From positions 372,001 through 436,000 of the forward strand of contig JASTWF010000343.1 in the NCBI GenBank assembly GCA_030390025.1: a DNA stretch of 64,000 nucleotides, written 5' to 3'. Below are positions 1-12,087 of this stretch, in pieces (the first letter of the stretch is position 1; each line of letters opens with the position of its first letter). The position numbers were made by a program, and so were the translations under genes. The notes under the pieces were generated by a model, which was not told where the DNA came from, searched no databases, and was given only the letters and a program-made list of their open reading frames with translations. Origin of the DNA: Squalus acanthias (taxonomy: Eukaryota).

Positions 1-26
1 GATTTACAAGGACACTTTCCCTGGTA

Positions 27-615
27 CATAAGAAATAGGTGCAGGAGTAGGCCATTCGGCCCCTCGAGCCTGCTCCGCCATTCAATAAGATCATGGCTGA
101 TCTGATCTTGGCCTCAACTCCACTTCCCTGCCCGCTCCCCATAACCCTTGATTCCCCTGTTTTTCAAAAATCTGTCTATCTCCACCTTGACTATATTCAA
201 TGTCTCAGCCTCCACAGCTCTCTAGGGTAGAGAATTCCAAAGATTCACGACTCTCAGAGAAGAAATTCCTCCTCATCTCCTCCGTTTTAAATGGGTGACC
301 CCTTATTCTGAAACTATGCCCCCTAGTTCTAGATTCCCCCACGAGGGGTAACATCCTCTCAGCATCTACCCTGTCGAGCCCCCTCAGAATCTTGTATGTT
401 TCAATAAGATCACCTCATTCTTCTAAACTCCAATGAGTATAGGCCCAGCCTGCTCAACCTGTCCTCATAAGTCAACCCCTTCATCCCAGGAATCAACCTA
501 GTGAAGCTTCTCTGAACTGCATCCAATGCAAGTATATCATTCCTTAAATAAGGAGAGCAAAACTGTACGCAGTACTCCAGGTGTGGTCTCACTAACGCCC
601 TGTACAGTTGTTCCC
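27..615 (-). mobile_element. 5'-truncated CR1 LINE (RT C-terminus + 3' UTR)
   Basis: ORF 410..652 has LYRALVRPHLEYCVQF..RLGLYSLEFRRMR. The 3' UTR has the GGCCGAATGGCC hairpin and ends in a ttcttatg-type tail. Confidence 0.9.
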
Positions 616-724
616 AGCAGTTACTTTTCCTCAGTACTGTTCTCATTATCACTAAACTACCCTCCTGCTGATAATTTTGTTATTTCTTATAGTTTCACAA
701 TTATAGGTATAAACATCACGCATT

Positions 725-1481
725 ATAATGGCCCAGAAATTGATCTCGCTCTGTTCCCGCGGGGGTAAGGCTTCCCCGCAGCCTCTCACTCCGCTTGTGC
801 TTTTTCAGATCCAGCTCGCACGAACTTGATGTTCCAGACATCAGCTGGGCAGTGCTTGCGTATCCCACTGGCGTAGTGAATTCGTGCGAGCTGTGGGATC
901 ACGTGACTCAGTTAGAGCCAATGGCAGCACACCATCTTCCATTCATAAGTTTCACATACGTGCTGTGAAATCTATGAATCTTACACCCCCCAAAATAACA
1001 GCTAAACCTCAATTAAATTTAAAAAAACCCATCACATTAATAAAATAAGTATAGTTAAATAAATTAACCATTTTAAATAAAAAATTAAATTTTTGAAAAA
1101 ATTAAAAATCTTTTAAAAAGTTATAAAAATAAACTTACCTGTCTTTAAAGTCTCTAAAAAGATAAAAGATATACCTGTTAAAAAAAATTCAAAAAAATAC
1201 TTAATTCACTACTTACCTTGTTAAAAGTGGGTCTTACTCCTCCTTTTTCCATTTCTAAAATCTTCCGTACTTACCTGCGCGTCCAAAGCATGAAGTGCAC
1301 AGCGTGCGCGCAGCCTGTAGTGCGCACGCGATGCACCGAGGAACCGCCCCCTTTTCAAAAGACCAATTGCCGGTTTTCAGCGCATGCGCAGGGCATGCAG
1401 AAAACCGGCAATTGGAGTGGAAATACGCGAGAGTACGCAGTGCGTACTCTCGCGTCCCGGGATCAATTTTTGGCCCATTAT
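725..1481. mobile_element. Non-autonomous DNA transposon (MITE), possibly PIF/Harbinger-like
   Basis: 21-bp inverted ends ataatggcccagaaattgatc (725-745) and gatcaatttttggcccattat (1461-1481), 2 mismatches. AT-rich core at about 1010-1210; no transposase ORF. Superfamily is inferred from the GGC/GGG termini. Confidence 0.7.
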
Positions 1482-1759
1482 CTATTCTATTACTCTCTCT
1501 GGTTTAAGCTTATATTGTGGTTAATAACAGACAAACCCTGTTCTTTCCCCTGATCTGATTACAGATTCCAACCAGTCGATTCAGTGAATGGAATGTCTTA
1601 TCAGTGTTGCCATGGTGACCTGTCTGCAGTGAAATGCCTGTTTGAGTTTCTAACTCAGACTAAACTTCTCTTTCCCATAATACACATTATATCAGACATT
1701 TGATCTCAATGTATTCCAGCCATGTTATGTTAATATCTCTAAAATCTACAGGGAGATCA

Positions 1760-2360
1760 GATACACAAATCTTTAAAAGTTGGAGGATAAGTTTATAAAG
1801 TGGTTTAAAAATGTTACCCAAGGTTTTTTATAAATGGGGCGTAGAAAACAAAACCATCGGTTCGGCTGCAGTTAGAATAAGTTTTGGGAATCTTACACTA
1901 GGAAGGATGTCGGGGTCACAGAGAGGCTGCAGAATAAATTCACTGAGGTTATACCACAGATGAGAGGCTTTAGTTATCAGAGAATGATACAGCACAAAAG
2001 GTGGCCATTCGGCCCATCATGCTTGTGCCAGCTCTTTGGGAGAGCTATCCAATTAGTCCCACTCCCTTGCTCTTTCCCCATATCCCGGTAAATGTTTTCC
2101 CTTCAAATATTTATCCAATTCTCTTTTGAAAGTTACTCTTGAATCTGCTTCCACCACCCTTTCAGGCAGTGCATTTCAGATCATCATAACTCGCTGGGTA
2201 AAGAAATGTTTCCTCATGATGACCTGTCTGCAGTGAAGCGCCTGTTTGAGTTTCTAACTGAGGCGAACTTCTCTTTCCCAGGAGGAGAGATGAGAGAAAC
2301 TGGGGCACGTCTCATTAGAACAAAGCAGGGTGAGAGGAGATGTGAGCGAGATGTTTAAAC
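1760..2360 (+). mobile_element. Decayed CR1 fragment interrupted by a minus-strand CR1 tail (1981-2217)
   Basis: Residual RT-end sequence paralogous to 35085-35390, with the same acaaaacca-(t/c)ggttcggc junction. The CR1 tail starts at agaatgatacagc. Confidence 0.65.
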
Positions 2361-2828
2361 TTGATCAACGACACCGACCAAAATATCAGAGACACTCCCC
2401 TGTCCTTCAGGACCTGTGTCCAGGGGAGAAGCTGATGGGTTTATCAGATCATCTTTGGGTTAAATGTTGTGCTCGTGGAGCTGAGCCCCTAGTGTCAGCA
2501 TCAAACACTCTCCAGTCGGGTACAGCACAGGTTAGATACAGTGTAAACCCATCAGCCGCTCCCCGACACAGATACCGAGGGACAGGGAGTGTCCGGGGCA
2601 ATGACATTTCTCACTCAATAAGGTATAAATTGATCCTGTACCTCTCCCCATTAATCCTGGGCTCCACACGGGGCGAATCCTGCTCCTGTTTCCCTTCCTG
2701 TAACAGCACTGAGCTAAACCCAGCCCATAATGAGCAGGGCTCAGGGAGGTTGGTTGCTAGGTGCTGCAGTGATGTCATAAAGCAGGGCCATTCAGCCCAG
2801 CTGGTCGTCTCCTTGTCCCTTTAAAGGT

Positions 2829-3160
2829 GGAGAGCGGGGACACCCTGTCTCCAAACACATCCCACCTGTTCATACTGAGAATCCCCGGGGAAGGCCCAAG
2901 GCCCAGAGTGTGGACACACCCCGGGGGAAAAGAGGAGGAGAGAAGGGGACACCCTGTCTCAAAACACACCCCACCTGTTCATACTGAGAATCCCCGGGGA
3001 AGGCCCAAGGCCCAGAGTGTGGAACACACCCCGGGGAAAGAGGAGGAGAGCGGAGACACCCTGTCTCCAAACACACCCCACCTGTTCATACTGAGAATCC
3101 CCGGGGAAGGCCCAAGGCTCAGAGTGTGGACACACAACCAAGGGGGAAAGAGGAGGAGAG
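2829..3160. repeat. Tandem repeat, ~108-bp unit x3
   Basis: gacaccctgtctc..catactgagaatccccggggaaggcccaagg recurs at 2839, 2948 and 3055. Confidence 0.9.
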
Positions 3161-3989
3161 ATGGTGCAGTGTGGGAGGTGAGGGAGGAGTCTGCTCATTC
3201 CCGGGGGCAGATCATACAAAGTGCTTTGAGTGGTGGGTCCAGCAGTGAAACTGAACCCAAACCAAAGGGAACAAATAAAGATCCAATCCAAGGGAACAAG
3301 CAACGGGACAATGGGAAGAAATCACAACCGGCCCAAAAGTGGGATAATCTCCCCAAAAGGTCGGTCCGGACAGTTAGAAACTCCTCCTGGTGACTGTGTG
3401 CCTGCAGGACTCGGCTTCACTCCAGTGTTTAAAGGAACAGAGCGCTGGCCTCACACCCAGGGGGCAATGTGTGGGAATTCCAGGGGCAGTGAGGACATGC
3501 CCGGAAATACCCCGGAGCAGTGAGAGCCCACTGGGCCCCAGGACAAGCTCATCGGAAAACCCAGGTCAAGGGCCGGCCCACTGTGCCCTCTCTGAACCCG
3601 GTTTGCTGCTCCCTCTGTGCCCAGCACTGCCTGCACCCCCGGCGCACGACAGAGGAATTTCAGCCTCAGTGTTACAAGTTTCATCGGTTACAGGCTGGAA
3701 AGAGGAATCATTCAAACTGACCCAGAGCTGTGTGATTGGTTCAGTCTGTGTATCACTGACGGACCCTTTTAAATTTGAGTGGTCAGGTATTCAAATTCCC
3801 AGTAATCTAATCCCGGATATAAAAGAGGGGAGAGCTGTGTTTAAATGAAAGAGTCTCCTTGGAGATTCTCTGAGTGAAGGACCTGGTCAGCTTGAAACAG
3901 CTGAAAAATCAGTTAAAAATGTCCAATTAGCAGTTTTTGACCAATATCGACTCCCACAGGGATGGGGAATTCTAGAATAAGGCAGGAAC

Positions 3990-4548
3990 CGTTCAGGATT
4001 TGAAAGGTATTTACAAAGCATTCGAGAGGCTCTTACATTTGGGATTTTTCATTATTTTGCCCACTCAAGGAGTTCGATAACAGGCTTCCTCCTGTGAACA
4101 TAGAGCTGGATTATTAGGCCATGACGTCTTTAGTTGTTCGTATTTTGTTAAATACATTTTCTGAGTGGATTGAAATTTACAACGCAGTTTGCAGGCATGA
4201 TGCTCTATTCACACATCGAAGGTGAGAGATGCTGTGGGGCACACGCTAAGTCCAGTAGCTGAAAGTGATTAACAGACTGGGTTTTGTGTTTAGTGATCCC
4301 GGGCGTGTTACCGAGACCTTCCCTGAATACCAAGGCTAGGAGAGGCACTCTGGAAGGTATGGGGAGCTGGGACTTGTCCATGAGAGTAACTGAAGGTATG
4401 AGAACTGAAATAATCTAGAATTAGAGAGGAGAAAAGGCCCAAAAATGGAGCAGTCGGTAACAGGACATCAATTAGTCTTCTCTTATCTTGGAGATGTCAA
4501 GGACTCAACACACTGTGTTTGAAACAAAGCTGATTTATTTGACATATA
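3990..4548 (-). repeat. ZNF 3' flank module X with poly(A) signal (AATAAA, minus strand, 4534-4539)
   Basis: Homologous to 29690-30120 and, inverted, to 45790-46390. In the paralog at 17870-17920 this tttatt sits directly next to the ZNF 3' UTR. Confidence 0.8.
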
Positions 4549-7500
4549 TAGAATCATAGAATGGTTACAGGACAGAAGGAGGCCATTCGGCCTGTCGAGC
4601 CCGTGCCGGCTCTCTGCAAGACCACTTCAGCTAGTCCCACTCCGCCGCCCTTTCCCCGTAGCCCTGCAATTCTTTTTCCTTCAGGTACTTATCCAATTCC
4701 CTTTTGAAAGCTGTGATTGAATCTGCCTCCACCACCCTTTCAGGCAGTGCATTCCAGATCCTAACCACTCGCTGCGTAAAAAAGTTTTTCGTCATGTCGC
4801 CTTTGGTTCTTCTGTCAATCACCTTAAATCTGTGTCCTCTGGTTCTCGACCCTTCCGCCAATGGGAACAGTTTGTCTCTATCTACTCTGTCCAGAACCTT
4901 CATGATTTTGAGCACCTCTATCAAATCTCCTCTCAACCTTCTCTGCTCTAAGGAGAAACACCCCAGCTTCTCCAGTCTATCCACGTAACTGAAGTCCCTC
5001 ATCCCTGGAATCATTCTTGTAAATCTTTTCTGCACCCTCTCTAAGGCCTTCACATCCTTCCTAAAGTGCGGTGCCCAGAATTGGACACAATACTCCAGTT
5101 GAGGCTGAACCAGTGTTTTATAAAGTTTCATCATAACCTCCTTGCTTTTGGACTCTATGCCTCTATTTATAAAGCCCAGGATCCCGTATGCTTTTTTAAC
5201 CGTTTTCTCAACCTGCCCTGCCACCTTCAATGATTTGTGCACATAAACCCCCAGGTCTCTCTGTTCATGCACCCACTTTAGAATTGTACCCTTTAGTTTA
5301 TATTGCCTCTCCTCATTCTTCCTACCAAAATGTATCACTTCGCACTTTTCTGCGTTATATTTCATCTGCCACGTGTCCACCCATTTCACCAGCCTGTCTG
5401 TCTTCCTTAAGTCTATCACTCTCCTCCTCACTGTTCACTATACTTCCAATTTTTGTGTCATCTGCAAATTTTGAAATTGTGCCCTGTACACCCAAGTCCA
5501 AATCATTAATATATATCAAGAAAAGCAGTGATCCTAGTACCGACCCCTGGGGAACACCTTCCTCCAGTCCGAAAAACAACTGTTCACCACTACTCTCTGT
5601 TTCTTGTCACTTAGCCAATTTCATATCCGTCCTGCCACTGTCCTATTATTCCATGGGCTTCAACTTTGCTGGCAAACCTATTATGTGGCACTTTATCAAA
5701 CACCTTTTGGAAATCCATGGACACTATATCAACCACATTACTCTCATCAACCCTCTCTGTTACCTCATCAAAGAACTCGATCAAGTTAGTTAAACACGAT
5801 TTGCCTTTAACAAATCCATGCTGGCTTTCCTTAATTAATCCACACTTGTCCAAGTGACTGTTAACTTTGTCCCTGATTATCGTTTCCAAAAGCTTCCCCA
5901 CTACCGAGGTTAAACTGACTGGTCTGTAGTTGCTGGGTTTATCCTTACATCCTTTTTTGAACAAGGGTGTAACATTTGCAATTCTCCAGTCCTCTGACAT
6001 CACCCCTGTATCCAAGGAGGATTGGAAGATTATGGCCCGCACCTCCGTGATTTCATCCTTAACCTCCCTCAGCATCCGAGGATGCATCCCATCAGGTTCT
6101 GGTGACTTATCAACTTTAAGTTCAGACAGCCTTTCTAGTATCTCCTCTTTATCAATTCTTATCTCATCCAGTATCTCCACCACCTCCTCTTTCACTATGA
6201 CTTTGGCAGTATCTTCTTTCTTGGTGAAGATGCAAAGTACTCATTTAGTACCTCAGCCATGCCCTCTGCCTCCATGCATAGGTCTCATAAGAAATAGGGG
6301 CAGGAGTGGGCCATTCGGCCCTTCGAGCCTGCTCCGCCATTCAATGAGATCATGGCTGATCTTCTGCCTCAACTCCATTCACCGGTCCTATCGCCATATC
6401 CCTTGATGCCCTTACTAGTCAGAAATATATCCACTTCTGTTTTGAATATACCCAATGACTGAGCCTCCACAGCCCTCTGGGGTAGAGAATTCTAAAGATT
6501 TACCACCCTCTGTGTGAAGAAATTTCTTCTCATCTTAGTCCTGAATGGCCCACCCCTTATCCTGAGGCTGTGGCCCCTGGTTCTAGACTCCCCAGCCAAG
6601 GGAAAAATCCTCAGCATCCACCCGATCAAGCCCTGTAATAATTTTGTATGCTTCAATGAGATCCCCTCTCATTCTTCTGAATTCAAGAGAATACAGGCCT
6701 AGTTTACTCAATCTCTTCTCATACGACAGTCCCGCCATCCCAGGAATCAATCTTGTGAACCTTCATTGCACTCCCTCTATGGCAAGTGTATCCTTCCTTA
6801 GGTAAGGAGACCAAAATTGTACACAGTACTCCAGGTGTGGTCTGACCAAGGCCCTATATAATTGGAGTAAGACTTCTGTACTCCTGTACTCAAATCCTCT
6901 TGTAATGAAGGCCAGCATACCATTTGCCTTCCTAATGGCTTGCTGCACCAGCACAAGCACTTTCAGTGACTCATGTACAAGGACACCCAGGTCCCTTTGA
7001 GCATCTGCATTCCCCAATCTTTCACCATTTAGGAAATACTTGGCCTTTCTGTTTTTTCTACCAAAGTGGATAACTTCACATTTATCCACATTATATTCCA
7101 TCTACCATGTTCTTGCCCACTCACTGAGCCCGTGGAGATCCCCTCTTCACATTCTCTTCGCAACTGACACTGCCACCTAGCTTTGTGTCATCAGCAAATT
7201 TGGAAATGTTACATTTAGTCCCCTCATCCAAATCATTGATATAGATTATGAATAGCTGGGGCCCAAGCACCGATCCTTGCGGTACCCCACTAGTCACAGC
7301 CTGCCATCCTGAAAAAGACCCGTTTATCCCTACTCTTTGTTTTCTGTCTGTTAACCAATTCTCAATCCATGCTGGTATATTACCCCCAATTCCATGTATC
7401 CTAATTTTGTTCACCAACCTCTTGTGTGGGACCTTATTGAAGGCCTTCTGAAAATCTAAATACACCACATCTACCGGTTCCCCTTTGTCTACTCTACTAG

Positions 7501-9838
7501 TTACATCCTCAAAGAACTCCAATAGGTTTGTCAAACAGGACTTCCCTTTCATAAATCCATGTTGACTCTGCCCAATCTTACTATTAGTTTCTAAGTGCCC
7601 AGTTATTGCATCCTTTATAATAGATTCCAGCATTTTCCCAACTACTGATGTGAGGCTAATAGGTCTGTAGTTCCCCGTTTTCTCTCTCCCTCCTTTCTTA
7701 AATAGCGGGATTACATTTGCTATCCTCCAATCTGCAGGAATCGTTCCAGAATCTATAGAATTTTGGAAGATGACAACCAATGCGTCCACTATCCCAATGG
7801 CCACCTCTTTCAAAACCCTAGGATGTAGGTCATCCGGTCCTTGAGATTTATCGACTTTTAGTCCCATTAATTTTGCTCGTACTGTTTTTTTACTAATAAT
7901 AATTTCTTTAAGTTCCTCATTCTCACCACACCCTTGGTTTTCTCGCATTTCTGGGAGGTTTTTTGTGTCTTCCTCCGTGAAGACAGAAACAAAGTATTTA
8001 TTTAATTTCTCAGCCATTTCCTCATTCCCCATTATAAATTCTCCCGTCTCTGACTGTAAAGGATCTACATTTACCTTCACCAGCCTTTTCCTTTTCACAT
8101 ACCTATAGAAGCTTTTACAATCCGTTTTTATATTTTTCGCTAGTTTGTGCTCATATTCCATTTTCCCCTTCTTTATCAATTTCTTGGTCCCCCTTTGCTG
8201 ATTTCTAAAAAGATCCCAATCCTCAGGCTGACCGCTTTTTCTGGCAACTTTATAAGCTTCCTCCTTTGACTTAATACTAGCTTTTATTTCTTTTGTTAGC
8301 CATGGTTGGATCACTTTTCCTTTTGGGTTTTTAAGGCCTAGAGGAATATATGTTTGTTGCAAATTATGCTTTATTTCCTTGAATGTTAGCCATTGTATGT
8401 CCACCTTCATACCTTTTAGTGTAGTCTCCCAATCTACCATGGCCAACTTGTCCCTCATGCCCTTGTAGTTTCATCTGTTTAGATTGAAGACCGTAGTTTC
8501 AGATAGGACTACATCACTCTCAAACTTAATATAAAATTCAATCATATTATGGTCACTTGTCCCTAAAGGCCCCTTTACCACAAGATTATTGATTAGCCCT
8601 TTCTCATTACACAGTACCAGATCCAGAATAGCCTGTTCCCTGGTTGGTTCCTCCACATACTGATCCAGGAAACCATCTCGCATGCATTCCAAGAATTCGT
8701 CCTCCACACCATTAGTGGTAATTTGATTTGCCCAGTCAATATGTAGATTAAAGTCCCCCATGATTACCGTATTGCCATTGTTACATGCACTTCTAATCTC
8801 TTGATTGATACTGTGCCTTACATTACCACTACTGTTTGGTGGCCTATACACAACTCCCACCAATGTTTTCCATCCTTTGCTGTTTCTTAGCTCCACCCAA
8901 ACTGATTCCAGTTCTACATCACGATCTGCCAAGCCAAGATCTTTTATCTCTACCGTACCGACCTCATCCCTTTTAACAGCGCTACCCCACCTCCTTTTCC
9001 TTTTTGTCAGTCCTTCCTAAATGTTGAGTACCCTGGAACATTCAATTCCCAGCTTTGGTTACCCTGCAACCATGTCTCTGTAATGGCAATTACATCATAC
9101 CCATTTACTACTATTAGTGCCATTAATTCATCCAACTTGTTGCGAATGCTACGTGCATTTAGATAAAGTGCCTTCAACTTTGCCTGTTTAATATTTTTCT
9201 GTACTATGACCCTCTTTACTGTTGGCCTTTGTTTCTGCTCCCTACTAGTTTTGCTAACTACTTTTCTAACTTGCACTTCCAGCTTTGTTTCCCTCCATTC
9301 TGGGCCCACACTTAGGTTCCCAGCCCCCTGACAAACTAGTTTATATCCTTCCCAACAACACTAGCAAACCCCCCTTTGTGGTCCTTAATCGGCCCCACCC
9401 CTCCTCTTACTACCTGTTTATTATTTATATGTCTATAGAAGACTTTTGAATTCCCTTTTATGTTAGCTGCCTATCTATTCTCATACTCTCTCTTTTCCCC
9501 TCTTATTTTCTTTTTCACTTCCTCTCTGAACTTTCTGTATTCAGCCAGATTCTCACTTATATTCTCAACCTGACATCTGTCATAGACACTCTTTTTCAGC
9601 TTCATCTTACTCTCTGTCTCTTTTGTCATCCAGGGAGCTGTGGCTTCAGTTGCCCTACCTTTCCCCCTTGTGGGAATGTACCTCAACTGTGCCTGAACCA
9701 TCTCCACTTTAAAGGCAGCCCATTGTTCGATTGCAGTTTTGCCTGCCAATCTTTGATTCCAATTTACCCGGGCCAGATCCATTCTCAACCCACTGAAATT
9801 TGCCTTCCTCCAAGTAAGTATTTTTACTCTAGATTGCT
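4549..9838 (-). mobile_element. CR1 LINE, outer element (frameshifted ORF2), split by a nested CR1
   Basis: RT motifs YINDL/KFADDTK and NYRPVSLTS in ORFs 4631-6195 and 9471-9902. Sequence ..catgcataggtctc (6286) rejoins ctttgtggtcc (9374), as in the paralog at 51241-51300. Confidence 0.92.
6287..9373 (-). mobile_element. CR1 LINE, inner element: end of ORF1, endonuclease, RT, 3' tail; frameshifted
   Basis: ORFs 9007-9309 (YLNARSI, AITETW), 8471-8932 (MGDFN, SDH), 7121-8458 ([14 protein letters not shown]) and 6763-7101. Confidence 0.93.
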
Positions 9839-9982
9839 CCAGAATTTCGAGAATTTTAAACTCCAGCCCAGTTATACCGGTTATTAACACCAGCAGAAAC
9901 AAACCCCAACTGTCAGAATGAACATGGTTCAGTCGTGGACATGATTAACAGCAACAACAACTGCAGAATCCAACCCCTGTAG

Positions 9983-10684
9983 TTATATGTGAACTCGCTG
10001 GTGTCTCAGCAGGTTGGATGACTGAGTGAATCCCTTCCCACACACGGAGCAGGTGAACGGCCTCTCCCCAGTGTGAACTCGCTGGTGTCTCAGCAGGTGG
10101 GATGACCGAGTGAGTCCTTTCCCACACACGGAGCAGGTGAACAGCCTCTCCCCAGTGTGAACTCGCTGGTGTGTCAGCAGGTTGGATGAACAAGTGAATC
10201 CCTTCCCACACACGGAGCAGGTGAACGGCCTCTCCCCAGTGTGAACTCGCTGGTGTTCCATGAGGTTGGATGAATTAGCGAATCCCTTCCCACACACGGA
10301 GCAGGTAAATGGCCTCTCCCCAGTGTGAACTCGCTGGTGTGCAATGAGGTGGGATGACTGCGTGAACCTCTTCCCGCAATGAGAGCAACTGAACGGTCTC
10401 TCGTCAGTGTGAACTTGCTGATGTTTCAGGAGGATGGAGGAGAGAGTGAATCCCTTCCCACATAGGTAGCAAATAAACGGCCTCTCCCCAGTGTGAGCGC
10501 GCCGATGAGTTTCCAGCTCGGACGGGTAACTGAATCCCTTCCCACAGTCCCCACATTTCCAGGGTTGCTCCCCGGTGTGAATGTGCTTGTGTCTCGATAG
10601 GCCAGAGGATCGGCTGAAGCCTCGTCCACACACAGAACACGTGTACGGTTTCTCCCCGCTGTGAACGGTGCTTTTTGCTTCCAT
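9983..10684 (-). CDS. C2H2 zinc-finger protein, 8 fingers, subfamily A (unit ZNF-1)
   Basis: Open from ATG ([16 protein letters not shown]) to stop, with TGERPF linkers. Acceptor ctacag|ag at 10794/10793. In-frame stops upstream make this ATG the likely start. Confidence 0.85.
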   Translation of the reverse strand: MEAKSTVHSGEKPYTCSVCGRGFSRSSGLSRHKHIHTGEQPWKCGDCGKGFSYPSELETHRRAHTGERPFICYLCGKGFTLSSILLKHQQVHTDERPFSCSHCGKRFTQSSHLIAHQRVHTGERPFTCSVCGKGFANSSNLMEHQRVHTGERPFTCSVCGKGFTCSSNLLTHQRVHTGERLFTCSVCGKGLTRSSHLLRHQRVHTGERPFTCSVCGKGFTQSSNLLRHQRVHI

Positions 10685-10847
10685 GTTCAAAGGCCCGTGA
10701 TATTCAGGTCCTGATGAATCGAGTGACTCTGTCAGATCTTGATGTGATGTTTGGTTTGATCTTCCTGTCTACAAATCCTCCCCTTCTTATACTCTGTAGA
10801 ATGAGTTTAAACAGGAAAAAGGGAGCGTGAGAGAGAACCCACAAAAA

Positions 10848-11406
10848 TACAAAGGCAGGTCGTGAAATCTAGCTCAATAAATCTGGTCATTTGTTGGACC
10901 GGCAGCAGAAAAAAGTGACCATGAAAGCTGCAGGATTGTCATAAAAACCCAACTGGTTCACGAATGTCCTTCAGGGAAGGAAACCCACCACCCAGTCTGG
11001 GCCTTCCCAAGACTCTGGCCTCAATGGGAGGAGAGAGAGGTGGGAGGGGGAATGGTGAAGGAGATGGACTTTATTCATCTGCAACTCAACCAGAACTTTG
11101 ACAGAACCTCACAAACCCAGAACCTCCACCACCTTGAAGGACAAGGTGCAGGGGAACACCATCACCTCCAAGTTCCCCAAGTCACACACCATCCTGACTT
11201 GGACATATATCACCGTTCCTTCATCGTCGCTGGGTGAAAATCCTGGAACTCCTTACCTAACAGCGCTGTGGGAGCACCTTCACCACACGGACCGCAGCGG
11301 TTCAAGAAGAAGGTCCACCATCACCTTCTCAACGGGAAACTGGAGATTGGCAACAAATGCTGGCCTTGCTAGCGACGCCCACATCCCATGAATGAATTCA
11401 AAAAAA
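10848..11406 (+). mobile_element. SINE-like fragment (~10848-11020) and 3' end of an L2/Crack-like LINE (~11095-11406)
   Basis: The tail gctggccttgctagcgacgcccacatcccatgaatgaatt-(A)n matches the RT-coding insertion at 48510-49062. The whole block is paralogous to 54155-54730. Confidence 0.65.
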
Positions 11407-11755
11407 GCTGTATATGTAAAATAAATTAAAAGCCTTTACAGAAATACTTGTTCCTAAAACAATACTCTTTTACATTGTAGGGACAGTGTCTGCTTAGCAA
11501 CCGAATCTCCCCCAGAATCCACCTCCCTTGACAGTCTCACATTGGAAATTGTTGGGTCCTCCTGGGCTCAGAAGTACTGGGGGTTAAACCCAGCAGCTTC
11601 TCCTCCATCTCCACTCCAGCTCAAACTGAAGCAACAAAAAGACCGACACAGGCGGCCAGGGACCGACTTCCGCATCCAGCGCCCGCCCTGATACAACCCG
11701 GCTCTGGATTGGCGGGTCTGTGTTTCCAGACTCGGTTCTGTGAGAAACGCGAGCA

Positions 11756-11890
11756 ATAAAACAAAAACAAAATACTGCAGATGCTGGAAATCTGAAATAA
11801 AGAGAATATGCTGGAAATCCTCAGCAGGTCAGGCGGCATCTGTGGAGAGAGAAACAGAGTTAACGGTTCAGGGCGCTGACCTTCCGTCAG
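11756..11890 (-). mobile_element. Penelope-like pLTR fragment (family A) with degenerate hammerhead core
   Basis: Same repeat as 24556-24693 and 61037-61138. Core reads CTGACGG..GAAC instead of CTGANGA..GAAA. Confidence 0.65.
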
Positions 11891-11919
11891 CCTGCAATAA
11901 AATTCTTCCCCACAGCCGC

Positions 11920-12085
11920 TGACTAATGGCGGCCGCAGGAACCACAATTCCCCGCGCCCAGGAAACCGCTCCATCCAACGCGCTGATTTCCCCGCTGAGA
12001 GTGCGCATGCTCCCCGGGGCCGCGGTGTATGCTGGGAGCCTGGCTCCAGTCCTTTGTCCCGAGTCGGACTCGGTGGAAACGGTTA
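11920..12085. promoter_or_regulatory. CpG-rich promoter-like segment
   Basis: YY1-like aatggcggc, ZNF143-like accacaattccc and NRF1-like gcgcatgc within about 100 bp upstream of ZNF-1. Confidence 0.45.
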
Positions 12086-12087
12086 AA

